In this document: positions 55,963-64,000 of the stretch, piece by piece
Numbering within the stretch: position 1 is the stretch's first letter
Layout: the number at the start of each line of letters is the position of its first letter
Assembly (NCBI GenBank): GCA_017881915.1
Contig: JADGQK010000002.1
Location: 18,326-82,325, forward strand
DNA length: 64,000 nucleotides
DNA from: Chloroflexota bacterium
Lineage (GTDB): Bacteria; Chloroflexota; Limnocylindria; Limnocylindrales; CSP1-4
Reading direction: 5' to 3'
Notes under the pieces: generated by a model
Databases searched by the model: none
What the model was told of the DNA's origin: nothing
Seen by the model: the letters and a program-made list of their open reading frames with translations, nothing else
Translations under genes and position numbers: made by a program

Positions 55963-57975
55963 ATGGCTGTACCCGACGACCCTGAACGGATCCTCGACGG
56001 TCTGAACGACGCCCAGCGCCGGGCGGCACTTGCCTCATCGGGGCCCGTGGCCATCCTGGCCGGGGCGGGCACCGGCAAGACCCGGGTGATCAGCCGCCGG
56101 GCTGCCTATGCCATCGCGACCGGGGTCGTGCCGGCCGCCGAGGTCCTGCTCGTGACCTTCACCGACAAGGCCGCTGCAGAGATGGCCGAGCGGCTGCGGG
56201 TGCTGCGCCAGCCCGCCGTGACCGCCCGGACGTTCCACGCCCACGCCCTGTCGCAGCTTCGCCACTTCTGGCCGGCCAGCCACGACGGGGCCCTCGCCCC
56301 GGCGATCCTCGAGTCCAAGTTCCCGATCATCGGCCGAATCGCCCGGGGACTGCCCGGTGGCTACCGGTTTACGCCGGCCAAGGACCTGGCCGGCGAGATC
56401 GAGTGGGCCAAGAACCGGCGGATTGCGGCGGGGGAATACCGAGCCGCTGCAGCGGCGGCCGGGCGTGAGCCCCCGATCCCGGTCGAGCTGATGGCCCGCG
56501 TGTTCGCGGACTATGAGCGCGCGAAGGTACGGGCCGGACGAATCGACTTCGAGGACATGCTCGGTGCCACGATCGACCTGCTCGAGACCGATGCCGAAGC
56601 GGCCGCGATCGTCCGGGCGCGCAAGCGCTGGTTCAGCGTCGACGAGTACCAGGACACGAACCCCCTCCAGGAGCGTCTGCTCACGCTGTGGGCCGGCGAT
56701 CGCCCGGACGTGTGTGTCGTCGGCGACGAGGACCAGACGATCTTCAGCTTCACCGGCGCGTCGAGCAGCTACCTGCGTGACTTTGCCCGGACACATCGGG
56801 GAGCGACGGTCGTCGAGCTGACCGAGAACTACCGCTCGAGCCCGGAGATCCTGGGGCTGGCCAACCGGCTGATCGCGTCGACCGGCCGTGCGAAGGCCCT
56901 GACCGCGACCCGACCATCGGGCCCGCCACCCAGCTGCGTCGCGTACGCCGACCCGGCGGCCGAGCTGGCTGGCCTGGTCGGCACGATCCATGCCCGGATC
57001 GACGCGGGAATCGCCCCGCCGGAGATCGCCGTCCTCGTGCGGATGAACGCTCAGCTGGCACCGATCGAGTCCGCCCTGACGACCGCCGGGATCCCCTACG
57101 TTGTCCGCGGTGGCCGGTTCTACGAGCGACCCGACGTACGGGCCGCGATCCGGGCGATCGAACGGGCGAAGCTGGCAGCCGTCGGCGGCGACCTCCGGGC
57201 CGCGATCGAGACGGTCTTCGCGGACGCCCTGGGCTATCAACCACAGGCGACGCCCAGCGGGCCGGAGGAGCGCGAGCGGGCAGCGGACCTCGGCGTCCTG
57301 CTGGCGATCGTGGCCGAGTTCGCCGGCGCAGACGGCGGCCGGTTGGACCCGCCGGGCGCGTCCGATGTCCTGGCCGAGCTGGCCCGCCGCGACGCTGCCG
57401 AGCGGGCGAACGTCGCGGGCGGTGTGACGCTGTCGACGATCCACCGAGCGAAGGGCCTCGAATGGGACGCTGTCCTGCTGCCCGGCCTGGAGGAGGGCAA
57501 CCTGCCGACCGGACAGGCCGCCGGCGATCCGGAGGCGCTCGACGAGGAGCGTCGCCTCCTCTACGTCGGGATCACCCGGGCCCGGATTCATCTCACCGTT
57601 TCGTGGGCCGCCCGCCGGGTCGGGCCGGGCGGGCGCGAGGCGAGCCGACGGCCGTCGCGTTTCCTGGTCGATCTCGGGTTCCAGTCCCGCCTGGCCCGTC
57701 CCGGGATCAGCCCGGCCCGTCGTTCAGCCGTGCGCGGACGTTCCGAGCCCGGACCCTCGGGTGGCCCAGCCTTCGAGGCACTCCGGGCCTGGCGGGCCGA
57801 ACGGGCCAGGGTGGCTGGGGTGCCGGCCTACGTCGTCGCCCACGACGCTACTCTCGCCGCGATCGCCGGAACGAAGCCGACCTCGATGGCGGCGCTCGCC
57901 GCGGTGAAGGGAATGGGCCCAGCCAGGCTCGAGCGCTACGGTCCTGAGATTCTCGCGGTCCTCGCCGACACCTGA
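55963..57975 (+). CDS. uvrD2: UvrD/PcrA-family helicase with C-terminal HRDC domain (UvrD2-like)
   Basis: Motifs GAGTGKT, DEYQDTN, VVGDEDQTIFSFTGA, IHRAKGLEW, YVGITRAR. C-terminal HRDC (…FEALRAWRAERARVAGVPAYVVAHDATLAAIAGTKPTSMAALAAVKGMG…). Confidence 0.85.
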   Translation: MAVPDDPERILDGLNDAQRRAALASSGPVAILAGAGTGKTRVISRRAAYAIATGVVPAAEVLLVTFTDKAAAEMAERLRVLRQPAVTARTFHAHALSQLRHFWPASHDGALAPAILESKFPIIGRIARGLPGGYRFTPAKDLAGEIEWAKNRRIAAGEYRAAAAAAGREPPIPVELMARVFADYERAKVRAGRIDFEDMLGATIDLLETDAEAAAIVRARKRWFSVDEYQDTNPLQERLLTLWAGDRPDVCVVGDEDQTIFSFTGASSSYLRDFARTHRGATVVELTENYRSSPEILGLANRLIASTGRAKALTATRPSGPPPSCVAYADPAAELAGLVGTIHARIDAGIAPPEIAVLVRMNAQLAPIESALTTAGIPYVVRGGRFYERPDVRAAIRAIERAKLAAVGGDLRAAIETVFADALGYQPQATPSGPEERERAADLGVLLAIVAEFAGADGGRLDPPGASDVLAELARRDAAERANVAGGVTLSTIHRAKGLEWDAVLLPGLEEGNLPTGQAAGDPEALDEERRLLYVGITRARIHLTVSWAARRVGPGGREASRRPSRFLVDLGFQSRLARPGISPARRSAVRGRSEPGPSGGPAFEALRAWRAERARVAGVPAYVVAHDATLAAIAGTKPTSMAALAAVKGMGPARLERYGPEILAVLADT

Positions 57976-58089
57976 CATTCCTGGCCCGATCGAGCCGGGG
58001 AGCTGTCGATTCGGGTGATCCCGTTCGTTGTTCCAATGAGGGCCAGCGAGGCGCCAACGACCTCGGTCCCGGGCACAGGAGATCGGCAG

Positions 58090-58440
58090 ATGACGGATCC
58101 GCGGGTGATTCACTTCGAGATCGTGGGCAAGGACGGCAAGGCGCTCCAGGCTTACTACAGCGCCCTGTTCGGCTGGAAGCTCAACACGGACAATCCGGAT
58201 GGCTACGGCATGACGAACCCGGAAGCGACCGGCCCCATCGTCGGGATCGGCTCGACGCCGGACGGCTCGGCCGGTCACGTCACCGGCTACGTCACGGTGG
58301 CCGACATCGACGCGACCCTGGCCAGGGCCGTTGCCCTGGGTGGCAAGGTGATCATGCCCAAGTTCCTGCCCGGCGGTGGGGCCACCATCGCCCTGGTCGC
58401 CGATCCCGAAGGGCACGTCGTGGGTCTGACCCAGGTCTGA
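58090..58440 (+). CDS. VOC/glyoxalase-family small protein
   Basis: …IHFEIVGKDGKALQAYYSALFGWK… glyoxalase fold. GGAG 8 nt before the ATG. Confidence 0.7.
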   Translation: MTDPRVIHFEIVGKDGKALQAYYSALFGWKLNTDNPDGYGMTNPEATGPIVGIGSTPDGSAGHVTGYVTVADIDATLARAVALGGKVIMPKFLPGGGATIALVADPEGHVVGLTQV

Positions 58441-58539
58441 GGTCCGTCCGGGGCGATGGCACCCGGCGTGGAACGAAGCGACGGGCTGGTGGTCCTCCGG
58501 GATCGCCGGCCCGTCGTGCGCTGACGGCCCATGGGGCCG

Positions 58540-59088
58540 CTAGCGGCCGGTCCGGAACGGCTCGCCGTGGCCCGGGATCACGACGTCGGCCGCGGCCAGG
58601 ATCCGGGCGCGGCTCGCTTCGAGGATCGCCTGGTTGGGCGCAAACGGGTCGAGCTCGGGCGTCCGGTCGGCGCGCCACCAGGCGTGGGTCATGGCGTACG
58701 TCCCGTCCTCCGCCGCGACGATCAACGAGGCATCCTCGTCGGTGTGGCCGGGCGTCAGCCAGAGCTGCGTGTTCGGTGAAAGCCGGTAGCCGTCACCGTC
58801 GTGATCGAGCCATTCGTCACCGATATAGCGGGCCCAGAAGTCGACGACCTCGGCCTCCGGGAACAGGGCAACGTTGATCGTGTGGTCGGGATGGTGGTGC
58901 GACAGGAACACGTGGCTGATCGACTCGGGGGCGATCCCCAGCGCAGCGAGCGGGTCGAGGATCAGGGACCGCCGGGCGACCATCCCGGGATCAACCACGA
59001 TCCGGGCGTCGCCGTCGAGGACCAGCACGACGCTGCTGGCGACCCGATCGCCGGCATAACCGGCGTGGAGCAGATGGACGGTGGCCAT
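58540..59088 (-). CDS. MBL-fold metallo-hydrolase
   Basis: HxHxDH motif LSHHHPDHT, plus the downstream …GHTDEDAS… and …PGHGEP… metal ligands. Confidence 0.75.
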   Translation of the reverse strand: MATVHLLHAGYAGDRVASSVVLVLDGDARIVVDPGMVARRSLILDPLAALGIAPESISHVFLSHHHPDHTINVALFPEAEVVDFWARYIGDEWLDHDGDGYRLSPNTQLWLTPGHTDEDASLIVAAEDGTYAMTHAWWRADRTPELDPFAPNQAILEASRARILAAADVVIPGHGEPFRTGR

Positions 59089-59129
59089 CGACCCATGATA
59101 GGTGCTCACCTGCGCCCGTTCGCGCCTGA

Positions 59130-59705
59130 TCAGCGAGCGCTGGTGACGATCCGCGATCGCAGGATCTGGTGATGGAGGCCCCGCAGGCGCCAGGCGAGGA
59201 TCAGGTTGGTGATCCCGAAGACGATCGCCCATGCCCCCACGATCCAGACGAGGGACAGCAGGCCGCTGCCCGGGAAGACCGCGATGAAGATCCCGAACAG
59301 GATCGTGAGCAGACCGCCGACCACGAGCCAGAGCTCCCCGGCGATCTCCCGGCGCAGGTGGATTGCCGCGATCACCTGGACGGCCCCCAGGCTGATCGCC
59401 CAGAACGCCGCGAGGTAGAGCAGCGCCAGCGCCGTGATCGCCGGAGACAGGACCGTGACGACGGCCACCGCCACCCCAAGGACGCCCATCAGCGCGACGC
59501 TCCAGCCATGCCCACGGGTTCCCGGCTCACCGCGCAGCAACGAAACGAGGAGGGCGATCCCGTCGATCAGGACATACGCGGCGAACAAGGTCACGAGCAC
59601 GAGCAACGTGAGCCCGGGCCACAGGAAAGCCAGGATCCCGAAGGCAATCGCTGCGACCCCACGGATCTCGACCAGCCACCAGTTTCGCGCCAGCAGGTTG
59701 AGCAT
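59130..59705 (-). CDS. HdeD/DUF308-family membrane protein (6 TM helices)
   Basis: Repeated TM helices with …RGW.. hallmarks (…WWLVEIRGVAAIAFGILAF…). ATG at 59703-59705. Confidence 0.65.
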   Translation of the reverse strand: MLNLLARNWWLVEIRGVAAIAFGILAFLWPGLTLLVLVTLFAAYVLIDGIALLVSLLRGEPGTRGHGWSVALMGVLGVAVAVVTVLSPAITALALLYLAAFWAISLGAVQVIAAIHLRREIAGELWLVVGGLLTILFGIFIAVFPGSGLLSLVWIVGAWAIVFGITNLILAWRLRGLHHQILRSRIVTSAR

Positions 59706-59795
59706 CGTCCGCCTCCTCGCAGGAGGGTACGCCACAAGCCTGCCACTGTCCGGTCGTCCGGCTGGCAAGATGGGGCCTCGGCAACGGAGGCGAAG

Positions 59796-60603
59796 AATGC
59801 AGGTCAGGGCCCTCGATCATGTTCAGGTCGCGATGCCGGAAGGCGGTGAGCCAGCGGCCCGCAGGTTCTACGGTGGACTCCTGGGGTTGTTGGAGGTGGC
59901 CAAGCCGGCCGCCCTGGCCGGTCGCGGTGGCTGCTGGTTCGTGGGGTCCGGGATCCAGCTCCACCTGGGCGTCGAGCGACCGTTCAGCCCGGCGGGCAAG
60001 GCTCACCCGGCCTTCGCCGTCGACGACCTCGAGGTGGCTCGGGCTGATCTCGCCGGGGCCGGTGTTCCGATCACGGATGACGGCCTGGAGGTCGGCTTCC
60101 GGCGGTTCTACGCGCAGGATCCGTTCGGCAACCGGCTCGAATTCGTCAGCCGGGCCGATGGCAGCCGAGTCGAGGCTCCGCTCCTGGAGCGCGGCGAGTT
60201 CCAGATCAGCACGGATCCCTCCCGGCTCGATCGGGCGTGGTTGGTCGAAGCCTTGTCGGAACGGGCGTATTGGGCGCTGGGCCGATCAACCGCGGTCATT
60301 GAGCGATCGATCGAGCGTTCGATCTGCTACGGCGTGTACCAGGGAACCCGGCAGGTTGGCTTCGCCCGGGTCGTGACCGATCAGGCGACCTTTGCCTGGC
60401 TGTGCGACGTGTTCATCGACGAGGCATGGCGCGGTCAGGGCCTGGGTGGCTGGCTGATCGAGTCGATCGTGGCCGACCCACGCCTGGCCACCACTGGCCG
60501 GTTGGTCCTGGCGACCCGGGACGCACAGGAACTGTATCAACGGCACGGGGGCTTTGGCCCGCTGCCCAACCCCGAACGCTGGATGGCCCGGGTCCGGGTC
60601 TGA
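59796..60603 (+). CDS. Fusion protein: N-terminal VOC/glyoxalase domain plus C-terminal GNAT acetyltransferase domain
   Basis: N-terminus LDHVQVAMPEG…FYGGLLGL… (VOC). C-terminus …WRGQGLGGWLIESI… (GNAT motif A). GGAGG RBS 6 nt before the ATG. Confidence 0.7.
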
Positions 60604-60675
60604 CCGGTCGTGCCTGCCGGATCGCCTGAAGGGCTTGCGGCCGGCTCTCCTCGGGCCGGCCGCCTGTGCGCTCGT

Positions 60676-61518
60676 TTACGGGGTCAAGCCGGGGATCGAG
60701 AACGGCTTGTCGCTGACCTGGTCGGCCGGCGGGGCTGCGATCGTCACAGCCGCGTCGTACTTGGTCAGGTCGATGGTCAAGGTCAGGTTGCCCTGGCTGG
60801 CGGCATCGATGACGATCACCAGCCGGCTCGGCCGGAGATCCGACTTCTGGGACCACAGGTCGACCGTAAGCGTGCCTGACGAGTCGCCCAGCAGGCCGCT
60901 CGCCTGCGGGACGTCCGAGCTCGAGACCTTCTCCTGCACGTGATAGCAATCCTGCCCGTTGACCGTCTCGTCGGCCAGCTTGGTCGGCGCGGGCAGCTTG
61001 GCCAGCTCGGCCTGCACGGCCGAGATCATCGCCGAGGCCTGGGCCGGATCGGGCGACCCGCCGAGGCCCAGGCTGGGGATGGGCAGGGCGCTGGTCAGGG
61101 CGGCCGTGTCGAGCTTCGAGTACTGGGCGCCGCTCAGGCTGGTCTTGATGTAGGCAACGCCGCCGACTTCGACCAGGTTTGCGCTGAACGCCAGGAGGGC
61201 CGGCACGCTGACCGCAACCTGGGCCGCGCTGTTCGTGACGTCGAGATCGCCGGAGATGGTCGTACCCGACAGGTCGAGGTTCGCCGAGCTCGAGCCGGCC
61301 GCAGGACTCGCGTCGGAGCTGGCCCCGGTGAGACCGCCGGTGTTGATGCTGCCGGTCACGGCGACGTTGAAGTGAAGGCTCTTGAGGTTCTGCAGCGAGC
61401 TGGTCGTGTTGGTCAGGATCAGCTTGGGGTCGGACAGGACCGGGGCGGCCGGCGTGCTGCTGCAGGCGGCGATGGCGATCGCGGCGACCGCCAGGAGCGA
61501 GAGGAGTCGACGAGGCAT
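60676..61518 (-). CDS. LppX/LprAFG-family lipoprotein (LprG-like)
   Basis: Signal peptide plus lipobox IAACSS. …KSLHFNVAVTGSI… family-like β-rich body. Start taken at the second ATG (61516-61518) with GGAGA 7 nt upstream. Confidence 0.65.
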   Translation of the reverse strand: MPRRLLSLLAVAAIAIAACSSTPAAPVLSDPKLILTNTTSSLQNLKSLHFNVAVTGSINTGGLTGASSDASPAAGSSSANLDLSGTTISGDLDVTNSAAQVAVSVPALLAFSANLVEVGGVAYIKTSLSGAQYSKLDTAALTSALPIPSLGLGGSPDPAQASAMISAVQAELAKLPAPTKLADETVNGQDCYHVQEKVSSSDVPQASGLLGDSSGTLTVDLWSQKSDLRPSRLVIVIDAASQGNLTLTIDLTKYDAAVTIAAPPADQVSDKPFSIPGLTP

Positions 61519-61780
61519 GGGCATTCTCCAGGTCAGTGCTTGAATGACGAGTGCCGGGTTAGGGTAGCCGTAGTCGTGAGACGGGTCTACTGCCGGGATG
61601 TTGCGGTCCGGCCGCCGGTCCGGCCATGACCCGATGGAGCCATCGGGCCGGCCTGCTCGGCCGGGACTTACGCCGCGAGGTCGGAGTCGAGGGGTCGGAG
61701 TAGAGTCGACCGGGCGAGGTCCGGCCGCGTTTGGAGACGTTGGTGGCCGCGCCTTGGTGAAACCCGTGCACAGGATGGCC

Positions 61781-62401
61781 ATGATCGATTTCGACTTGGT
61801 CCGGCACGGACGGCTCGAGCTCAACGACCTCGCCCGAGGCCTGACCCCTGCTGCCCTTGCCGCAGCCAGCCGGGCGATGACGGCCGACCTCATCGGACGG
61901 CTGCGCGCCGGCATTGACGAGGACGTGACCTTCGTGCCGGACGACCCAGGCGCCGACGATTCATTCGCCGTCGATGCGGCCGAGGCCGGCCTTGCCTGGA
62001 CGCTCGGCCATGTCATCGTGCACGTCACGGCGAGTGCCGAAGAGGCCGCCTGCCTGGCCGCCGAGCTCGCCCGCGGCGTGGAGCACCATGGCCGGTCGCG
62101 CTACGAGGTCCCGTGGCCGGCGATCGTGACGATCGTGGCCTGTCGCGACCGGTTGCGGGAAAGTGAGCGGATGATCCTGGCCACCCTCGGGACCTGGCCG
62201 GACGAACCCCATCTCGAGGTGGCATACACGACGTCCAGAGGGTCGTTGCGCAATGCGCCGGCCCGTTTCCTGGGCGGCCTGCTCCATGCTGATTCGCACC
62301 GTGGGCAGGTTTCGGAGATCCTGCGCCAGGCCAGCGTCGCCAGAGCCAGCAGCGCATCAGCGGAGACCGCCCCCGGTGATCGGCCGGTGAGCTGTGGATA
62401 A
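61781..62401 (+). CDS. DinB/YfiT-like (DinB_2) metal-dependent protein
   Basis: His triad (…HGRLEL…, …TLGHVIVHVTA…, …HADSHRGQV…). AGGA 5 nt before the ATG. Confidence 0.6.
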   Translation: MIDFDLVRHGRLELNDLARGLTPAALAAASRAMTADLIGRLRAGIDEDVTFVPDDPGADDSFAVDAAEAGLAWTLGHVIVHVTASAEEAACLAAELARGVEHHGRSRYEVPWPAIVTIVACRDRLRESERMILATLGTWPDEPHLEVAYTTSRGSLRNAPARFLGGLLHADSHRGQVSEILRQASVARASSASAETAPGDRPVSCG

Positions 62402-62435
62402 TCGCGGGTGGAGCCGGCCAGCCTAGCCTTCGGCA

Positions 62436-64000
62436 ATGTTGGCCTCGGTCCTCTCGGCAACCCTGCACGGGATCGACGGCCGGGTGATTCGGGTCGAGGT
62501 GGATGTGGCCCCCGGCCTGCCCGGCTTCTCGATCGTCGGCCTGGCCGATGCTTCGCTCCAGGAGGCCCGCGAACGGGTGCGCGGCGCGATCCGGAACAGC
62601 GGCCTGGTCTTCCCACCGCGCCGGATCACGGTCAACCTGGCTCCGGCTGACCTGCGCAAGACCGGAGCATCGCTCGATGCTGCGATCGCCGTCGGGATCC
62701 TGCTTGGCTCGGAGCAGGCCCGGGCGAACGGCGCCTGGGCGCTGATCGGCGAGCTGTCGCTCGGTGGCGAGCTCCGGCGGGTACCCGGCATCCTGTCCAT
62801 GGTCCTGGCACTGGCCCGCCGCGGCGTGGCTCGCGTCGTCGTTCCCGCGGAGTCGGCCGCCGAGGCCGGGCTGGTCGATCGGATCGAGATCCATCCCGCC
62901 GCCGACCTGGCCGGGGCACTCGGGGCGATCCGCTCCGGTCGGGCAGCCCGGCCACGGGTGAATCCCGCGCGGGTGGACCTCGTGGGGCCGAGCGCCGGGA
63001 GCTCGTCCCGGGAGGGACCGACCAGCGCAGCGGGACCGCTGGTCGACGCACCCGATCTCGAGGAAGTCCGCGGCCAGGCCGTTGCCCGGCGAGCGCTCGA
63101 GATCGCGCTGGCCGGCGGGCACGCACTCCTGCTCGTGGGCCCGCCGGGATCCGGCAAGACGCTCCTGGCCCGGACGATTCCGGGCCTGCTGCCGCCGCTC
63201 GATCCGGCTGATGCCCTGACGACGACGGCGATCCGTTCGGCGGCGGGGGAGGGACCGATCCTCGAGCTGGACACGCGCCGGCCGTTTCGAGCCCCGCACC
63301 ACACGATCTCCTACGCCGGGATGGTCGGCGGCGGTCCGGTCCTGGCGCCGGGCGAGGTAACCCGCGCCCACCAGGGCGTGCTCTTCCTGGACGAACTGCC
63401 GGAATTCGGGCGGGATGTCCTCGAGGCACTGCGTCAACCCATCGAGGAGGGCCGCGTGGCGATCGTCCGGGTCGGGCGCTCGCTGATCCTGCCGGCCCGG
63501 TTCCAGCTCATCGCCGCGATGAACCCCTGCCCGTGCGGCGGTGCGCTCGGGATCGAGGCTGCCTGTCGATGCCGGACCGGCGTTCCCGAGCGCTATGCCG
63601 GGCGTGTCTCGGGACCGCTCCGCGATCGGATCGACCTGTGGGTGGAGATGCCGCGGGTCCCGCCGGGCAGCCTGGTCGGGGAGACGACGGGCGAGGCCTC
63701 GGCGCCGGTCGCGCTCCGGATCGCGGCTCTGCGGCAATTCCAGATGGAGCGTCGAGGCAGCCTGAATGGCGGCCTGAGCGGGAGCAGGCTGCGGCTCGCC
63801 TGTCAGCTCGGGGCACGCGAGCGATCGCGGGTCGTCAACCTTGCCGAGGGTCTCGACCTGTCCGCACGCGGTGTCGAGCGGCTGCTCAGGGCGGCGCGCA
63901 CGATTGCCGACCTCGACGCTGCCGAGCGGGTGGGGCTGGCTCACCTCGACGAGGCCGGCCGGTTTCGCGCTCTCGGCGTGCGCTCACCGCTGCAGATCGC
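62436..64000 (+). CDS. comM: Mg-chelatase-like AAA+ ATPase ComM/YifB; 3' end beyond the window
   Basis: N-terminal Lon-like domain (…ARVVVPA…), Walker A GPPGSGKT, Walker B VLFLDELPEF, and a C4 zinc region (CPCG…C.C). Frame open to the window end. Confidence 0.85.
   Translation, partial: MLASVLSATLHGIDGRVIRVEVDVAPGLPGFSIVGLADASLQEARERVRGAIRNSGLVFPPRRITVNLAPADLRKTGASLDAAIAVGILLGSEQARANGAWALIGELSLGGELRRVPGILSMVLALARRGVARVVVPAESAAEAGLVDRIEIHPAADLAGALGAIRSGRAARPRVNPARVDLVGPSAGSSSREGPTSAAGPLVDAPDLEEVRGQAVARRALEIALAGGHALLLVGPPGSGKTLLARTIPGLLPPLDPADALTTTAIRSAAGEGPILELDTRRPFRAPHHTISYAGMVGGGPVLAPGEVTRAHQGVLFLDELPEFGRDVLEALRQPIEEGRVAIVRVGRSLILPARFQLIAAMNPCPCGGALGIEAACRCRTGVPERYAGRVSGPLRDRIDLWVEMPRVPPGSLVGETTGEASAPVALRIAALRQFQMERRGSLNGGLSGSRLRLACQLGARERSRVVNLAEGLDLSARGVERLLRAARTIADLDAAERVGLAHLDEAGRFRALGVRSPLQI

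Noticed and set aside
62025-63944. 639-aa minus-strand ORF
   Set aside because: Antisense to comM, which has a full Walker A/B set and an open frame to the window end.

Overview
The window is a very GC-rich (by eye roughly two-thirds to 70% G+C), gene-dense chromosomal segment from an actinobacterium-like Terrabacteria genome. Coding is almost continuous, with many 4-bp start/stop overlaps; I did not see CRISPR arrays, rRNA genes, transposases or integrases. I call about 58 protein genes and one tRNA with a CAT anticodon.

Main content, in order:
- 1-3.1 kb: a cluster of zinc-ribbon proteins (a partial zinc-ribbon gene, an FmdB-type zinc ribbon, a helix-turn-helix (HTH) DNA-binding gene, YihY, and a disordered protein with three zinc ribbons).
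- 3.3-7.7 kb: an FhaA-FhaB-RodA/FtsW-PbpA cell-wall growth cluster that lacks the Ser/Thr kinase and phosphatase genes found beside it in Mycobacterium.
- 7.9-15.4 kb: a glycoside hydrolase family 63 (GH63) enzyme, then a MoxR-DUF58-transglutaminase triad.
- 15.4-19.0 kb: a serine-biosynthesis operon (aminotransferase, SerA, histidine-type phosphatase).
- 19.1-19.8 kb: a VapBC toxin-antitoxin pair.
- 20.5-28.4 kb: RarA, a degenerate-GGDEF/HD-GYP membrane sensor, and a UvrD-type helicase fused to a Cas4/RecB-like four-cysteine nuclease (AdnB/AddA-like, no partner gene).
- Two paralogous CpaE-like receiver domain-ParA/MinD ATPases; the first is followed directly by murI and a DUF2342 zinc protease.
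- YchF, carbohydrate kinase, two tandem GNATs, and an MrfA/MrfB-like helicase/exonuclease pair.
- tRNA(CAT), FtsH, M20 peptidases, a DnaB C-terminal-like RecA-fold ATPase co-transcribed with ppa and thpR, TyrA, NUDIX, a UvrD2-like helicase with an HRDC domain, VOC/GNAT/MBL/HdeD genes, an LprG-like lipoprotein, a DinB-like protein and a partial Mg-chelatase-like ComM.

The most notable sequence-level signal is a recurrent extended -10 element. The exact 12-mer CCTGCTAGACTC occurs three times, with a near-copy, and TANNNT hexamers generally sit 6-10 nt upstream of start codons, implying widespread leaderless transcripts.
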